Below are positions 25,445 to 38,632 of a stretch of DNA of 64,000 nt, piece by piece (within the stretch, counting starts at the first letter, position 1; every line of letters begins with the position of its first letter). Source of the stretch: Eledone cirrhosa (lineage: Eukaryota); assembly GCA_964016885.1 (NCBI GenBank), contig OZ024743.1, positions 297,042,001-297,106,000 on the forward strand. The letters run 5' to 3'. Under the pieces are notes generated by a model that ran no database searches, had not been told where the DNA came from, and was given only the letters and a program-made list of their open reading frames with translations. The position numbers and the translations under genes were made by a program.

Positions 25445-26015
25445 ATATTTATTAAAATAACAGATTAAAGTTTAAGCAAAGAATCACTGCTTTCACCCTT
25501 AACGGGATCTTCTGAAACTAAAAAAATCAATCTGTAAACGCAGAAGTAAATATTTCGAAAAACGTTGCAACCAAAGGAAGACAGGAAGACAATATTGTGG
25601 TTTGTGGAAACGTTCCCTGGCAAAGAACGGGAAAAAAACGAAAATAATACGTCATTATTTGGAGCGCTGAAAACAATTACACGCAAAGACAAAACCACGT
25701 TAATGGTATAAATGAAGTCGTAGACTAATATTCTATTAGGTGACTCGTGGAGACGTTCTCTGGCAGGGAACCAAAGTATCGTCTTCCTGTCTTCCTTCGG
25801 TTGCAACGTTTTTCGAAATATTTACTTCTGCGTTCACAGATTGATTTTTTTAGTTTCAGAAAATCCCGTTAAGGGCGAAAGCAGCGATTCTTTGCTTAAA
25901 CTTTAATCTGTTATTTTAATAAATATTTGCTCTACGGTTCTTATATATTTGATATATATTTATCCTTATCGAGCCTTCTTTGGATTTTAGTCTTCAAATT
26001 TATTATTATTAAATA
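25445..26015 (+). mobile_element. HHR module family 4: ~145-bp inverted arms, ~185-bp spacer, tail
   Basis: 25445-25592 is the revcomp of ~25776-25926; HHR-like motifs at 25469-25519 (-) and 25852-25902 (+); second copy at 58287-58435. Confidence 0.75.
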
Positions 26016-26026
26016 TATATATATAT

Positions 26027-26505
26027 CATCATCATCTCCATCCCCGTTTTACGTCCGTTCTTCCATGCTAGCATGAGTTAGACGGGTTGTCCTGTTGTAA
26101 GCAGTGTCCGGTTGGCTGACCTTGTCTTGCTCATACGGGAACTGATTCTGGCTTGATTTCTACAGCTGGGTGCCCTTCCTAACACCAACCTCATTTACAG
26201 TGAGTGCTGGGTGCTTTTTTTCTGTGGCACTTACGCGTCCACTTTACAGTGTGGATTGGGTGCTTTTTTGCCGTGGCACCTCCATGACCACTTTGCAGTG
26301 GGGTGTGGTGGGTGCATATTATCTATATGCTTCAGCTTCGACTTGTACCCGTGGGAAGTCGGGTCTTCTGTATGCCAGAGGTCACAGTCATGTCTCATCA
26401 CCTTTGAGAGGTGCAATTGGGTAAAGTCGGCTTTTATCACCTCATCACAGGTCTTCTTGGGTCTCCTCACTCCACGGCTTCCATCGATTTCTAGTGCTCT
26501 GCACA
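26027..26505 (-). mobile_element. RTE 3' end fragment
   Basis: CRALEIDGSRGVRRPKKT... plus 3' UTR. Confidence 0.85.
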
Positions 26506-26711
26506 TATACATATATATATATATCATCACCATTTAATGTCCATTTAACATCACCATTACTACTGCTAGTGGCGTTGTTGTTGGTGGTGATTATGGTGGT
26601 GCTGCTGGTGTTGATGTTAGTGTTGGTGGTGTTGATTCTACAAGTAGTGATAATGGGTGTGATAATGTAGACAGATTCTGTCATACTAGTCTTAATATAT
26701 ATATATATATA

Positions 26712-27255
26712 TAAGAGGGTGTTAAAGTTTGCTTGAAGCATTGTGAAATGTGTAAAATACGTAGTTTAGAAAGTCACAACAATGCAGAGGGAAATCTCGA
26801 GGTAGGAAGTGAATGATAGATAAGAGAAATAGGATAAAGTGAAAATTGAGAGAGACAAAGATGAAAACAAAACAAAGGTAGAAGGGTTACCGTAGTGGAG
26901 ATTTAATCCCAATATTTCGGGCTCACGCCCATCAACGGGGGAAAGTTCCAAAAGGGGGGGGGGGGACAGGCTAAGCGGAGAAAGTTGTGATGTCGTTAAA
27001 ACAGGAATACCGTTAACGACATCACAACTTTCTCCGCTTAGCCTGTTCCCCCCCTTTTGGAACTTTCCCCCGTTGATGGGCGTGAGCCCGAAATATTGGG
27101 ATTAAATCTCCACTACGGTAACCCTTCTACCTTTGTTTTGTTTTCATCTTTGTCTCTCTCAATTTTCACTTTATCCTATTTCTCTTATCTATCATTCACT
27201 TCCTACCTCGAGATTTCCCTCTGCATTGTTGTGGCTTTCTAAACTACGTATTTTA
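26712..27255 (-). mobile_element. HHR module family 5: ~500-bp near-perfect palindrome + tail
   Basis: 26755-26999 mirrors 27013-27254; HHR-like motifs at 26907-26942 (-) and 27066-27101 (+); diverged relative at ~45810-46145. Confidence 0.75.
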
Positions 27256-27786
27256 TATATATATATATATTGTTGCAACTGATTATATATATATATTTAT
27301 GCAAAAAGTAAATGGAAAACAATAGAGCAAAACAATACAGTACAATAAAGATATATATTAGTTTCACGCTTGATATAGTAGGAAAAGAGTTTTAACATTT
27401 TGCATGTTAATCTTTCACCAGAAGATGGAATGTGAAATATTAGAAGAAATAGAAAGAAAGAGGAAATTGAGAAGTGGAAGACACACTATATATATCTTAG
27501 CTGCTAGTCCAGCTTGTTCTATCAGGAACATAAGTCAACCAATCATTTCCAATGCTGTCTGTCAGCAGTAGCTCGTTGACATCCATGCCAGGTGATGTTG
27601 ACGGTTTGTAGGTCATATCATTATCATCATCATCATCATCGTTTAATGTCCATTTTCCATGCTAATATATATATATATATATATATATTAAGAAATCTGC
27701 TAGCAACCAAAAGTGTATGATGAAGTTATATCTGATAAATAAAAACTGTGTAACCAAGACTGCACCAACGTGTATAAATATACCTA

Positions 27787-28080
27787 AGTCTAAAGTCTAA
27801 AGTCTGTCTTAAGCCAGAAGGCTCATTAGGCTAGTGATTATCCCAGTTTCATGGCGTGAAGCAACTGAGAGTGCAAGATTCCCCCCGCCCCCCTAGACAG
27901 GACGCCAGTCCATCGCTGGGTTAAACCCCCAGCTATTGCTGGTACTCATTTTCAGCTAAGTATACTGGAGCAACGTGAAATGAAGTGTTTTGCTCAAGAA
28001 CATGACATGCAACCCAGGAATCGAACACACAACATGCTCACAAGTCCAATACCCTTACCACTAGGTCACGTGCCTCCACT
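27787..28080 (-). mobile_element. CORE-type SINE with a different tail ((AGACTTT)n end)
   Basis: tRNA-like head, cttgagcaaaacacttcatttcacgttgctccag core, gatggactggcgtcctgtc segment. Confidence 0.7.
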
Positions 28081-28271
28081 CGTATAAATATATACACATA
28101 TCTAATATGTAGGCATATAAACAAGTCAGAAAATATGAATTTCCCTGTAAATTGAGAAAATGATAAACATTTCTAATCGATTTTTAGATCTAATTAGACC
28201 CTCATCAGAAAACATGTATATCATTCAATCAATCACAAAAAAACATACATTTGATGAATATATATATATAT

Positions 28272-28802
28272 ATGTAGGAGGTGAGTTTTATTGTAGCACA
28301 ATAAAGCAATGCAAATATCGGGTAAGTAGAACTCTACAGTTTGTAGGTCTGGAGTATAAATAATATAAGATCAAAAGATGGTTAAAAGAGTTCCAAGTAT
28401 TTTATTATGCGCATTTCAAAAACAAATATCATCATGGGATGATATCTGCATTATTATGATATCTATATATATATACTAGTTGTAAAGGTTATCTCTCTCT
28501 CTCTATCACCCATTTCTCCTCCTCTCTCATCCTTCCTTCTTATACTCCTCCCTCACCATCCTTTACTCTTATTTCTCCCCCCCCCCCCCCGCACTTTTTC
28601 CCAATTTCATACATCCACCTTAATTTATTTTTCATATGTTGATTTAAAACTTCACTGCTCACAAGTGTTTTTTAAGCTTCATATCATGTCTCCCTATTTT
28701 ATCTGATGAGAACGCAGATATCATCCTATGGTGATATTTGTTTTTGAAATGCACATAATAAAATACTTGGAACTCTTTTAACCATCTTTTGATCTTATAT
28801 TA
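28272..28802. mobile_element. HHR module family 3 (HHR at 28695-28765 plus; truncated mirror 28398-28450 minus)
   Basis: tattttat-CTGATGA-..gcagatatca/tgatatttg..-GAAA-tgcaca-TA-ataaaata; 28361-28450 mirrors 28714-28802. Confidence 0.75.
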
Positions 28803-28878
28803 TATATATGATATGTATTATATATATGATATATTATATATATGATATATATATATATGATATATATATATACATAAG

Positions 28879-28976
<98 letters not shown>

Positions 28977-29279
28977 TCATCATCATCATCTATATATATA
29001 TATACCCATTTGCTGGTGCAGTCATGGTTACACACTCTGTATTTATACAGATATAACTTTATCATACACTTCAGCTGATAGTGCACTTCTTAATATATAT
29101 CTTAATTACCAACACAAGTGCAAATTTTATGCAAATTAGTACATCCCTTTCAGAATAATACTAAGAGTGAGTGAATGTCCACCTCAAACAGAAAAGTATA
29201 TCTCTAATGATTCATCCAAGTCCAGCCCCTACCATCACTAAATGTAGTAGTTTCAGGCTTATAGTGACATGTGACTTAC

Positions 29280-29365
29280 CACAGAGGAGATCAGTCAACT
29301 GTATGTTTTGAGGAAATGCAGTAGCAGGAAATTAAAATACTGAATCCTAGCCAAATGCTCTCAAC
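29280..29365 (-). other. Candidate non-coding exon
   Basis: Acceptor ttttttttttatcccag and donor gtaagt; stops in all three frames. Confidence 0.3.
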
Positions 29366-29384
29366 CTGGGATAAAAAAAAAAAC

Positions 29385-29530
29385 GGTAGTGTAGGACAGA
29401 ACAAAGGAGGGACACAAAATAACAAATCAGTCAATGAGGAAGTCACAGAATATGTGATGAAAGAGCTTTGACAATAAATAAACAACCATCTAGTTAATGA
29501 ACCAACCAACTAGAAATTTGTAATAAATTA
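29385..29530 (+). mobile_element. PLE family-2 terminal repeat, degenerate HHR at 29430-29472
   Basis: gtca-ATGAGGA-agtcac..gtgat-GAAA-gagc-TT-tgac; further degenerate copies at 33340-33382 (+) and ~59760-59930 (-). Confidence 0.6.
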
Positions 29531-29989
29531 AAAGGAAAACCAACAGAGTATTAATAGGTAGATACAATTATCCAAGGTATAGACCAATTCAAGTCAGTAG
29601 GGCGAGTTTGAATATAATTATTAAGACCAGTTAATACAATGGCACCATACCAGGTACATACATTTTGTTAGCCCCGAGGACCAACTTGTTCAACCCATGC
29701 TAATAAAATATAAACTGGAAAATGTTTACTCAAAGAGGAAAATACAAAATGATAGTTAAAGAAAGGAGAGTCCCAAAAACGAAGGGCAGATAATCTGGAT
29801 GATCTAGTGGAGACAATTTAACCTAAAACACGTGAACAAATGCTAACTTAATGATTATGAAGGGGCTAGAAAAAATTGATAGGTTAAGAAAGATATAAAT
29901 CAATATTAAGGAGGACAATTCTTTAAAAGGTACTTAGAAACACAAGAACATCTTAAGAAGAACTCTGTATGTGTGTTATGTGGTTTGTT

Positions 29990-30610
29990 ATTGTTGTGGA
30001 GATTCCACCATTTCTAGAGATTGCATAATCTGCAGGTCTTGAGCCCATTTATTTATGGTCGAGATCTTTCTAGTATCTTCTATTTGATGGAGAAGTCAAT
30101 ATTCTTGTCTTTAAGTTGCCATATTGTATTTGCCAAATTTGTGACATTTTTTATTTGGGTATCTGAACGCTGTTTCACGATTAAGGAAGCGATTTTTAAA
30201 CCAGCTCTCTGACATACAAATGTATGCCCAGGATTTCTTTTGGTGGTGTTGACTCAGGCTTTTTACAAGAACATCAATATACTTTGGGGCTCTGTTGTTT
30301 ATGCAGGTGTGATTTCATGTTTCTGGCATAGAAGTATCCAACTTTGACTGTATGACGGTTAACAATCCAGTGGTATTTGTGTCCTAGGAGGAAGTGTGTA
30401 TCTACGAGGGCTCAAAACTTCTTTCTGACATTAGTTTTGAGAAGGGAGTGTAGGAAATATTTTTGGAGAAGCTGCTATTGTATAAGGCTATATTATAGTA
30501 GGGGGGCTGTTCTATCAAAATTGGCTTGGTACTTTCTTAGTTATATGCTTGCTAATGTCCAACATTTGATATTGTGTCTGTTATTATAATTTGTATTTGG
30601 TTAAACATTA
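29990..30610 (-). pseudogene. Degenerate PLE GIY-YIG region (same type as 2808-3671)
   Basis: YICMSESWFKNRFLNRETAFRY...TNLANTIWQLKDKNIDFSIK*KILERSRP*INGLKTCRLC aligns by eye to the 3325-3530 peptide. Confidence 0.7.
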
Positions 30611-30719
30611 TCCCTTTTTATAATTCCTGATGATATGTGGATGATATATGTATTATGTTTTGTGTAAATAATTGTTAATGAACTTTTTCTATTGTTTACA
30701 TAAGTATGTACCATTATTA

Positions 30720-30850
30720 CCTTGCCATTCTGAGTTCAAATCCCGCCGAGGTTAACTTTGCCTTTCATCCTTACGGGGTCGATAAAATAAAGTACCAGTA
30801 ATGCACTGGGTAATTGCTGGCCTTAGGCCCAAAAGTAGAAACAATTATTA
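30720..30850 (+). mobile_element. SINE family B, 5'-truncated
   Basis: Family match; another partial copy at 56551-56655. Confidence 0.75.
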
Positions 30851-31088
30851 CCTGTATAGAAACGCACATAGAAATTAAAGAATGGAAGTTGTTAACCTTA
30901 GTTTTTTCTCAGTTTAGATATTAATGCTCTGCTACCCATACTGTCCTCAACAACAAGAAATTTAGCTTTTGAAGAATATTTCAATATTTCATCCATTTTG
31001 AATTCCTAATGTGCCAAGGACTTTTAGTGTGCATTGAACTTCTCTCATCTTACCAAAAACAATAGTGGAATACTCCATTATAATCACT

Positions 31089-31133
<45 letters not shown>

Positions 31134-31639
31134 TAGTTTTCATAACTCCAGGCTATAAAATGTACTGATAGCTGCAATGATGATAATGTTGACAATAGTC
31201 ATGGTGATGGGTACATTGCTAGTTTTAGTGGCGATGATAGCAGTGATACTGATATTAACAATATATTAGTTACAAGACAATACAAATCAATATTCTATAG
31301 AGCTTGCTCTGACATTTTCCTATCTTCTATATATAAATGTGTCTCTCAGTATAGATATATATGCCCATATGTACATATATATCTTGATATACAACTTAAG
31401 TTACATGCATGCATATATCTATCTACACACATGCATACATACATATATATACATATATTATATTAAAGAGAGTTGGGGGCTAACAGCTGAGTTCTTGCTG
31501 TTTCAACAGAAAATTCCAGATGCTCTAATATATTTACACTCTATTATCCCAAGTATCGCGTACTCTGCTGAATAATGGTCTTACTAGTTTAAAACTAGTA
31601 AAATCTTGATCTCCATCTCTCTCTCTCTCAATATATATG

Positions 31640-31886
31640 TATAAGGCTGTGAAGTATTCATGTCAATTTTGCAACAAAGCTTGTAGGTCTTCTGCTGAAC
31701 TCAAGCAGCACAGGAGAGTGCATAAGGAGCAAATTACATTCAAGATTATCCAAGGGCCTTATGTTTGTCACATCTATAAAAGGGTATATGGGAACAAGGC
31801 AGGTTTGCAGAGTAATTCACAGGCTCATGGCTGTTCAGCACAATGCTGAAGAGATGGCCCTCTTCTGTAAAGGAGTTGCAATTATC
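31640..31886 (+). pseudogene. 3' end of a second RTE-type LINE with C2H2 fingers
   Basis: CQFCNKACRSSAELKQHRRVH ... CHIYKRVYGNKAGLQSNSQAH resembles the C-terminal zinc finger of some RTE ORFs; short 3' UTR follows. Confidence 0.5.
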
Positions 31887-32000
31887 ACACACACACACAC
31901 ACATATATATATACATATACACATGTACATATATATATATATATATATAACCCATGCTAGCATGGAAGATGGACGTTAAACGAAGATGATGATGATGATG

Positions 32001-32095
<95 letters not shown>

Positions 32096-32825
32096 ATGCT
32101 GATAATTAGGGTGTTTATAAATGAAGGTTACATTGTAACACTGCAAAGAGAATCCGGTTTAAGCAGTCCAAAAGCACTCCATGTCTGCAGTGTGTCCCCA
32201 GTGAAATGGTGACAATTTATCATGATGGAGTTTCTATTTATGAAAACGTGTTTAGACAGAGTTACTATTACATAATTGTTTTATTGCATAATATATATAT
32301 ATCAATGACATGGCTAGTAATCATACAATTGTTAACCATGTGACATTATCAGATGCTTATACAATTATGAGATGTAGTTATGGTAAGGTATTATGATCTT
32401 AGTGTGATGCAAGTGAACATATGAGATACGATATTTCACGTCTTAGTAATGTTTAGTGGCAGACGTATCCACCTTGGTAGAACTTGTAGGCTCAAAGAGC
32501 ACACACTTACATACACTTATATAATCACCTTAAAATATATCAAGTACTTCTTTCATTTACAACCTTCCCAGTTTTCCAAAAGCAAGCATCTGATCTCTCT
32601 TTCTCCATCTCTGTCTCGCATTCACTGTTTTTTGCTGGCATGGGTCGGCCAAGACATTTATGAAACAGTTTTTCTATAGGTGAATGTCCTTCCTGAGACT
32701 AATCCTTACTTTTATCATTCTAATCATGGTGTATATTGCTGAAATTCACCAGACCAATAAGGTGCAGGATGCATTGTTTATGAAGGACATAAACAAACAA
32801 ATACACACATACACATATGTATCTA

Positions 32826-33220
32826 TCATCATCATCATCGTCATCACCGTTTTACATCCATTCTTCCATGCTAGCATGGGTTAGATAGGTTGTCCTGTTG
32901 TGGGCAATGCCAGGTCGGGTGACCTTGTCTTGCTCATACGGGAACTGATTTTAGCTTGATTTCTACAGCTGGATGCCCTTCCTAACACCAACCTCATTTA
33001 CAGTGAGTACTGGGTGCCTTTTTATCATGGCGCGGTTGAGTAGGAGTCACGACAAATAGCACCCAGTACATACTGTAAATGTCTGATTGGCATTAGGAAG
33101 GGCATCCAGCTGTAGAAACCTAACCAAAAACAGTTCTATATGAGCATGGTGACCTGACCCGACTTGCCCCTAATGGGACAACCCATCTAACCCATGGACC
33201 CATGGAAAATAGACGTTAAA
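32826..33220. mobile_element. Two RTE 3' UTR fragments joined head-to-head
   Basis: Minus fragment 32826-33032 and plus fragment 33033-33220. Confidence 0.75.
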
Positions 33221-33516
33221 TATATATATTTATATATGTATATATATATTTCATTTTTGTACACTTTTTGCAATACTTCAAAAAGACAAGATGGAGTAGT
33301 TAAATCAGAACAAAGAAGAGAGTCAGAAGAGGAAGAATAGTTATTGAGAAGGTCACAGGATGTGTTACAAAAGGGCTTTGACAATTAACAATAAAACAAC
33401 TACCCAGTTATGAAACTAACTAATGAATGGATTAATTACTCAAATAATAAAAAAAAACCATCAGTTTCCTTACAGCTATCATTTACTAAATTCAATGACA
33501 AGGCATTGGTCATCTC

Positions 33517-33565
<49 letters not shown>

Positions 33566-33828
33566 TCCCTCTCCTTCTTTCTCTCTCTTGCTCTCTCACT
33601 CTCTCTCTCTCTATATATATATACATACACACACACACACATATATATATACATATATATATACATCCCCCGTCTAACCCATGCTAGCGTGGAAGAACGG
33701 ACGTAAAACGGTGATGATGATGATGATGATGATACATACATGTACACACATACATATATATACATCAATGTGTTTATACATATATCTAGGTTCATTATAT
33801 GTACTGGTGCACAGACGTCTAGACATGT

Positions 33829-33863
<35 letters not shown>

Positions 33864-34685
33864 CAATATCTATTACACACAGACACACAAGCATATACAC
33901 ACATGGATACACAAATACACAAATGACCTATCACTGTCATGTCAGACAATTCTTTCCTCAAATAGTAATGTTCATAAGTGATTCTGCTAACATTGGTCCT
34001 ATTCTACTTCCAGCCTTGAGCATTTCATCAACCAATCTATATATTCAATTATAAAAGTGGGTGACAACTTCTATGTTAGTTATGTTGGACTTCCAACAGT
34101 TGCTTGAACAATGGAATAGCCTGCTCATGATTAGATTAACATGTAAGTGGCTGAGCATTCTACTGATAAATCTCATAAAGATTCAATGAGACAGTGTATT
34201 ACAATCTGGCCTTTTTAGTTATAGGTAATGTCCATCTAATGGGCTTCCAAAAGTTTCAAATGGCTGAGTATTCCACAGATACCCTTAATGTAATGATATA
34301 CATAGAATACAGTGTGTGACAAGCTGGCCCCGCTTTTCCAGTTAAGTGGACTGGAGCAATGTGAAACAAAGCGTCACATTGCTCAAGGACACATTGCTCA
34401 ACCTGGCCTGGAAATCAAACTCACAACATTACAATTGTGGGACAAACAATTTAAACACCTTCAGCATTTCAGATATAAAGATTGGGTGAAAAATAATGAC
34501 TATTACTGATTCAATCCCATAGTCCTGGTCAAGTGTCTTGAACCACAGGCATTGGTCAAGTGTATCCTCTACTTTAGTGTTGGTCAAGTGTCTTGTATTA
34601 TAGCCTCAGATTGGCTTATGTCTTGCAATGATATTAGATAAATAGAAACAATATGAGAGGTGTTATTAGTATAAGTTATATATAT

Positions 34686-34740
<55 letters not shown>

Positions 34741-34742
<2 letters not shown>

Positions 34743-35945
34743 AGAAATTCCAAACTTGGAAGCAGGGACTAGAAAGAAAGGGTCTCAAAGACTAAGGTCC
34801 TTGTAAGTAGACGAGGAAACAGAACCCAGATCCCCTCAGGGAAATGGCCTTGCTCAGTATGTAGGAAAGGTGTAGGTAGGAACTCCATTCTCTGCCCCAA
34901 ATGCACACAATGGGTATACAAGAGATGTAGCGGGATCTCAGGAAGCTTAACTAAGAATGTAGGCTTCACATGTAGCAGCTGCGCTGGGACAGCAAGCAGC
35001 AAACGACCACAGGAAACAAGCACCACCAATCTCTGGGAGGGCTCTGTAGAAACAGTAGACAGCTTCTGCTACCTAGGTGACCGAATTAGCAGCGGAAGTG
35101 GGTGTTCGGAAAGTACAATAACTAGGGTAAGAAGCTCAGGGAGCTACTGCCACTGCTAGCTGCAAAAGGCTTTTCCCTCAAAATGAAAGGCAGACTGTAT
35201 GATGCGTGTATACGAACAGCAATGTTGCATGGCAGTAAGACCTGGGCGCTGACTGTGGAAGACTTGCGTAGATTAGAAAGAAACGAAGCCTGCATGCTCT
35301 GATGGATGTGTAATAGTAATATACGCGAACGGCAAAGCACAAATGAATTGAGAGAGAGACTGAGCATAAGAGGAATCAAATGTTGTGTGCAGAAGAGGAG
35401 GTTACATTGGTATGGACATGTGATGCGTATGAAGGATGACAGCTGCATAAAAAGGTGCAGAGCACTAGAAGTCGATGGAAACCGCGGAGTGGGGAGACCC
35501 AAGAAAACCTGAGATGAGGTGATAAAAGCCGACCTTACCCAATTACACTTCTCAAAGGCAATGACACACGACCGTAACCTCTGGTGTCACCAGTAATACA
35601 GAGTACCCGACCACCCACAGGTACAAGCCGAAGCTGAAGCATATAGACAATATGCCCCCACACCCTCCCACTGCAAAGTGGTTGTGGAGGTGCCACGCCA
35701 AAAAAGCACCCAGCCCACACTGTAAAGTGGATGTGTAGGCGCCATGGAAAAAAAGCACCCAGCACTCACTGTAAATGAGGTTGGTGTTAGGAAGGGAATG
35801 CAGCTGTAGAAATCAAGCCAGAATCAGTTCCCGTATGAGCAAGACAAGGTCAGCCGACCGGACATTGCCCACAACAGGACAACCCATCTAACCCATGCTA
35901 GCATGGAAGAACAGACGTAAAACGGTGATTATGATGATGATGATG
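34741..35945 (+). mobile_element. RTE LINE 3' part, different subfamily, with stops and deletions
   Basis: PSGKWPCSVCRKGVGRNSILCPKC...RRLHWYGHVMR...GRPKKT; (GAT)n tail. Confidence 0.9.
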
Positions 35946-35959
35946 ACACACACACACAT

Positions 35960-36128
35960 AGAACAAAGAGGGTGTGGTATGTTACCAGGTGGACCATAAC
36001 ACACCACCAGAGTACTTGATACTTGGGTAGTAGAGTGGGTAATATGAAAAGATTCAGGACCCCGAATGTTAAGATCTAGCTGTCGAAATGGCCAGAGCTC
36101 AGCCGTCAAGGTGCTGAATCTTTTCATA
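35960..36128 (-). mobile_element. Family-1 fold-back module, diverged
   Basis: Tail on minus (35960-36040), junction at gaccccga (36058-36065), plus arm carries GAAA-stem III-GTC. Confidence 0.7.
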
Positions 36129-36932
36129 TACATATATATATTGTCATCATCATTTTACATCTGCTTTCCATGTTGGCATGAGTTGGATAGGATGTCATGG
36201 TCCAGGACCAGACAGGTCATTGTGACCTCATCTTGCTCATAAATTCTATATTTGGCATGGCTTCTAGAGCTGAATGCCCTTTCTAATCCAAGCTACCTTA
36301 CAGAGTACATCGGGTGTGTATTTTCATAGAACTAGTACTACAACTTTACATAGTAAATTGGATGAATGTTATTGTAGCACCAACACTGATAATTTACAGG
36401 GTGTACTGGAAGGGTAGTTATATACCCAGTCATACTGAAAGAACCTCTCAAAATCATGTAGTGTCTTCATTTAATTGCTAGACAGTAGTTTCTCTATATA
36501 TTTACATTTAGTATCACTGTAGATGGGGCTTTTGCATTATGGCATATCATCAGTCGGCTCAGTCCTGTCATATCTCCTTCATAAGATTTAGTTTCTTGAG
36601 GTCATTCTTCACAACTTCATTCTATGCCTTCTTTCGTTTCTCTCTTCTACAGGTTCCATCCACTTTGAGTGCTTGGTATGTCATTTTTATACAACTCTCA
36701 CTCTCTTTATGCATCACATGACCATATTAGCACAATTGTCTCTCTTTCACACTACATTCTATTCTTCTTTTACCAAGCTTTTCTCTCAGTTGCACTATAT
36801 TGTTCAAGTACATTAACATGATGGCGGTAATGTAACTTCAAAGTCTGTAAAAGGAATAATGTTATCCATAAAAAATTATCTCTGTAAGTTATCTAGAGAT
36901 ATAACATATGCCAAATTTGATCACATGTGAGT

Positions 36933-37372
36933 TATCCCTTTAGCATTTAAACCAGCCATATCTGACCAGAATTCTCTCACCTCTTTCTATTCAAATTAGC
37001 TGTAACTGGCCATTTATACTGATGTTAACCCTTTAGCATTTAAACCGGCTGTATCTGACCAGAATTCTTTCACCTCTTTCTATTCAAACTGGCTCTAACC
37101 AGTCATCATATCGAAGTTAAGGTATTGTTCTCAAAATAAATAATATCAAAATCTCATAGATTCGATATTATGTGAGGTAAAGCCTTTACTGTGAAAATAC
37201 GATAGTAAATATAAAATAATGCAAATGTTAAAGAGATAAGTTATTGTTCTCAAAATAAATAGCATCAAAATCTCATAGAGTTGATATTATGTGAGATAAT
37301 TATATAAGATAAAGCCTTTACCACAAAAATACAATAGTATATATAGAGTAATATAAATACTAAAGGGTTAAG
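36933..37372. mobile_element. piggyBac-like MITE with internal tandem duplications
   Basis: ttaaccctttagcattt...aaatactaaagggttaa; left end duplicated at 36933. Confidence 0.7.
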
Positions 37373-38397
37373 GTATATCTAAATATTTTGAGAACAGAAG
37401 AATGACTCTTATGTATAGCTCCTGGCCAGGATTGAACCCCAGACCAGGATCTCCACCACCTCTAGTAACGACCACTAGGCCACCAAGATGTGTGGTGGTG
37501 GTGAAATATTTGATACTGTCAAATAAACTGCCTACATTTTAACACTTTCATTACCATATTACTAAATAAAGACATTGATTTTGATTTTCAAATCATTTTG
37601 AAAATAATCAAGAATTTTATGGATTTAGTGATATAATCTTTACATTATTAAGTTGGTGTTTGTAATAGAGCTTAATAAAGATAAGTTCTTGGATAAATAT
37701 AATACACTTAAATAAACAGCTTAGTATCTTAGAATAAGGGGCAGTTGCAAGCAGTTTTGGTATCATATCCGTTTACTCATTGGTGCATCTGTCCAGTTTC
37801 CCATGTAGAGTGGTTGCTATAGTAACAGAGATTCTCTACATCAGAAGCAATGTTTCAGACCTTCCATGTAAAGCAGCTTAGCAACTAACTGTAGTAATAG
37901 CAATGAAAATAACAATACCATAAGATGTTGCTTATAGTCATATTACTGGGGATTGTGATGGTGGTGGTGGTGATGGTGGTGATGCTGATAAGGGTTGTGT
38001 GGTAGGGGTGGGTGGGTGAGTATGGTGATAGAGTGAGGTTATGAGGGTTGTGTTGGTGTTGGTAGTGGAGGCAGTAATAATTGTGGTGTTGATTGCACGA
38101 AGCTGGTGTAAAGTGGTGGTGGTGGCAATGGTGGGGGTGATGGTAGTGTTGATGGTGGCGGTCGTGGTGATGAAGGTGGGCATGGTGGTGATGGTGGTGA
38201 TAAGGATAATAGTGGTAGGATGGTTGTGGTGGTAGTGATGGCAGTGGTGTTCTTGATATAGACAACATATACACACACTCACATATACACACACTAGGAT
38301 ATAAACAAACATACACATATCTTTCTTTCTCTCTATCTTTCTATCTTGCTTTCTCTTGCACTATCTCTCTCTCTCTCTCACTCTTTGCTTTTCTCTC

Positions 38398-38632
38398 TAA
38401 GTGGTTAGAGTGTTCAGCATATGATCATTGAGTTGTGAGTTCAATTCCTAGTAGAGTGCAGTGTCTTTTAGCAAGACAATTTATATCTTGTTGTTCCAGT
38501 CCACTCAACTGGCAAAAATGAGTTGTATCTGTAACTCAAAGGGCCAGCTTCGTCAGGTACTATGTCATACTGAATCTTCCTGAGAACTACTTTAATGGTA
38601 CATATGTTTGTGGAATTCTCAGCCACTTACAT
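38398..38632 (+). mobile_element. Older CORE-type SINE (also 42400-42720 +, ~34080-34430 -)
   Basis: tRNA-like head, CORE-like body, aagggccag..gtcacactgaatc..cctgagaa segment. Confidence 0.65.
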
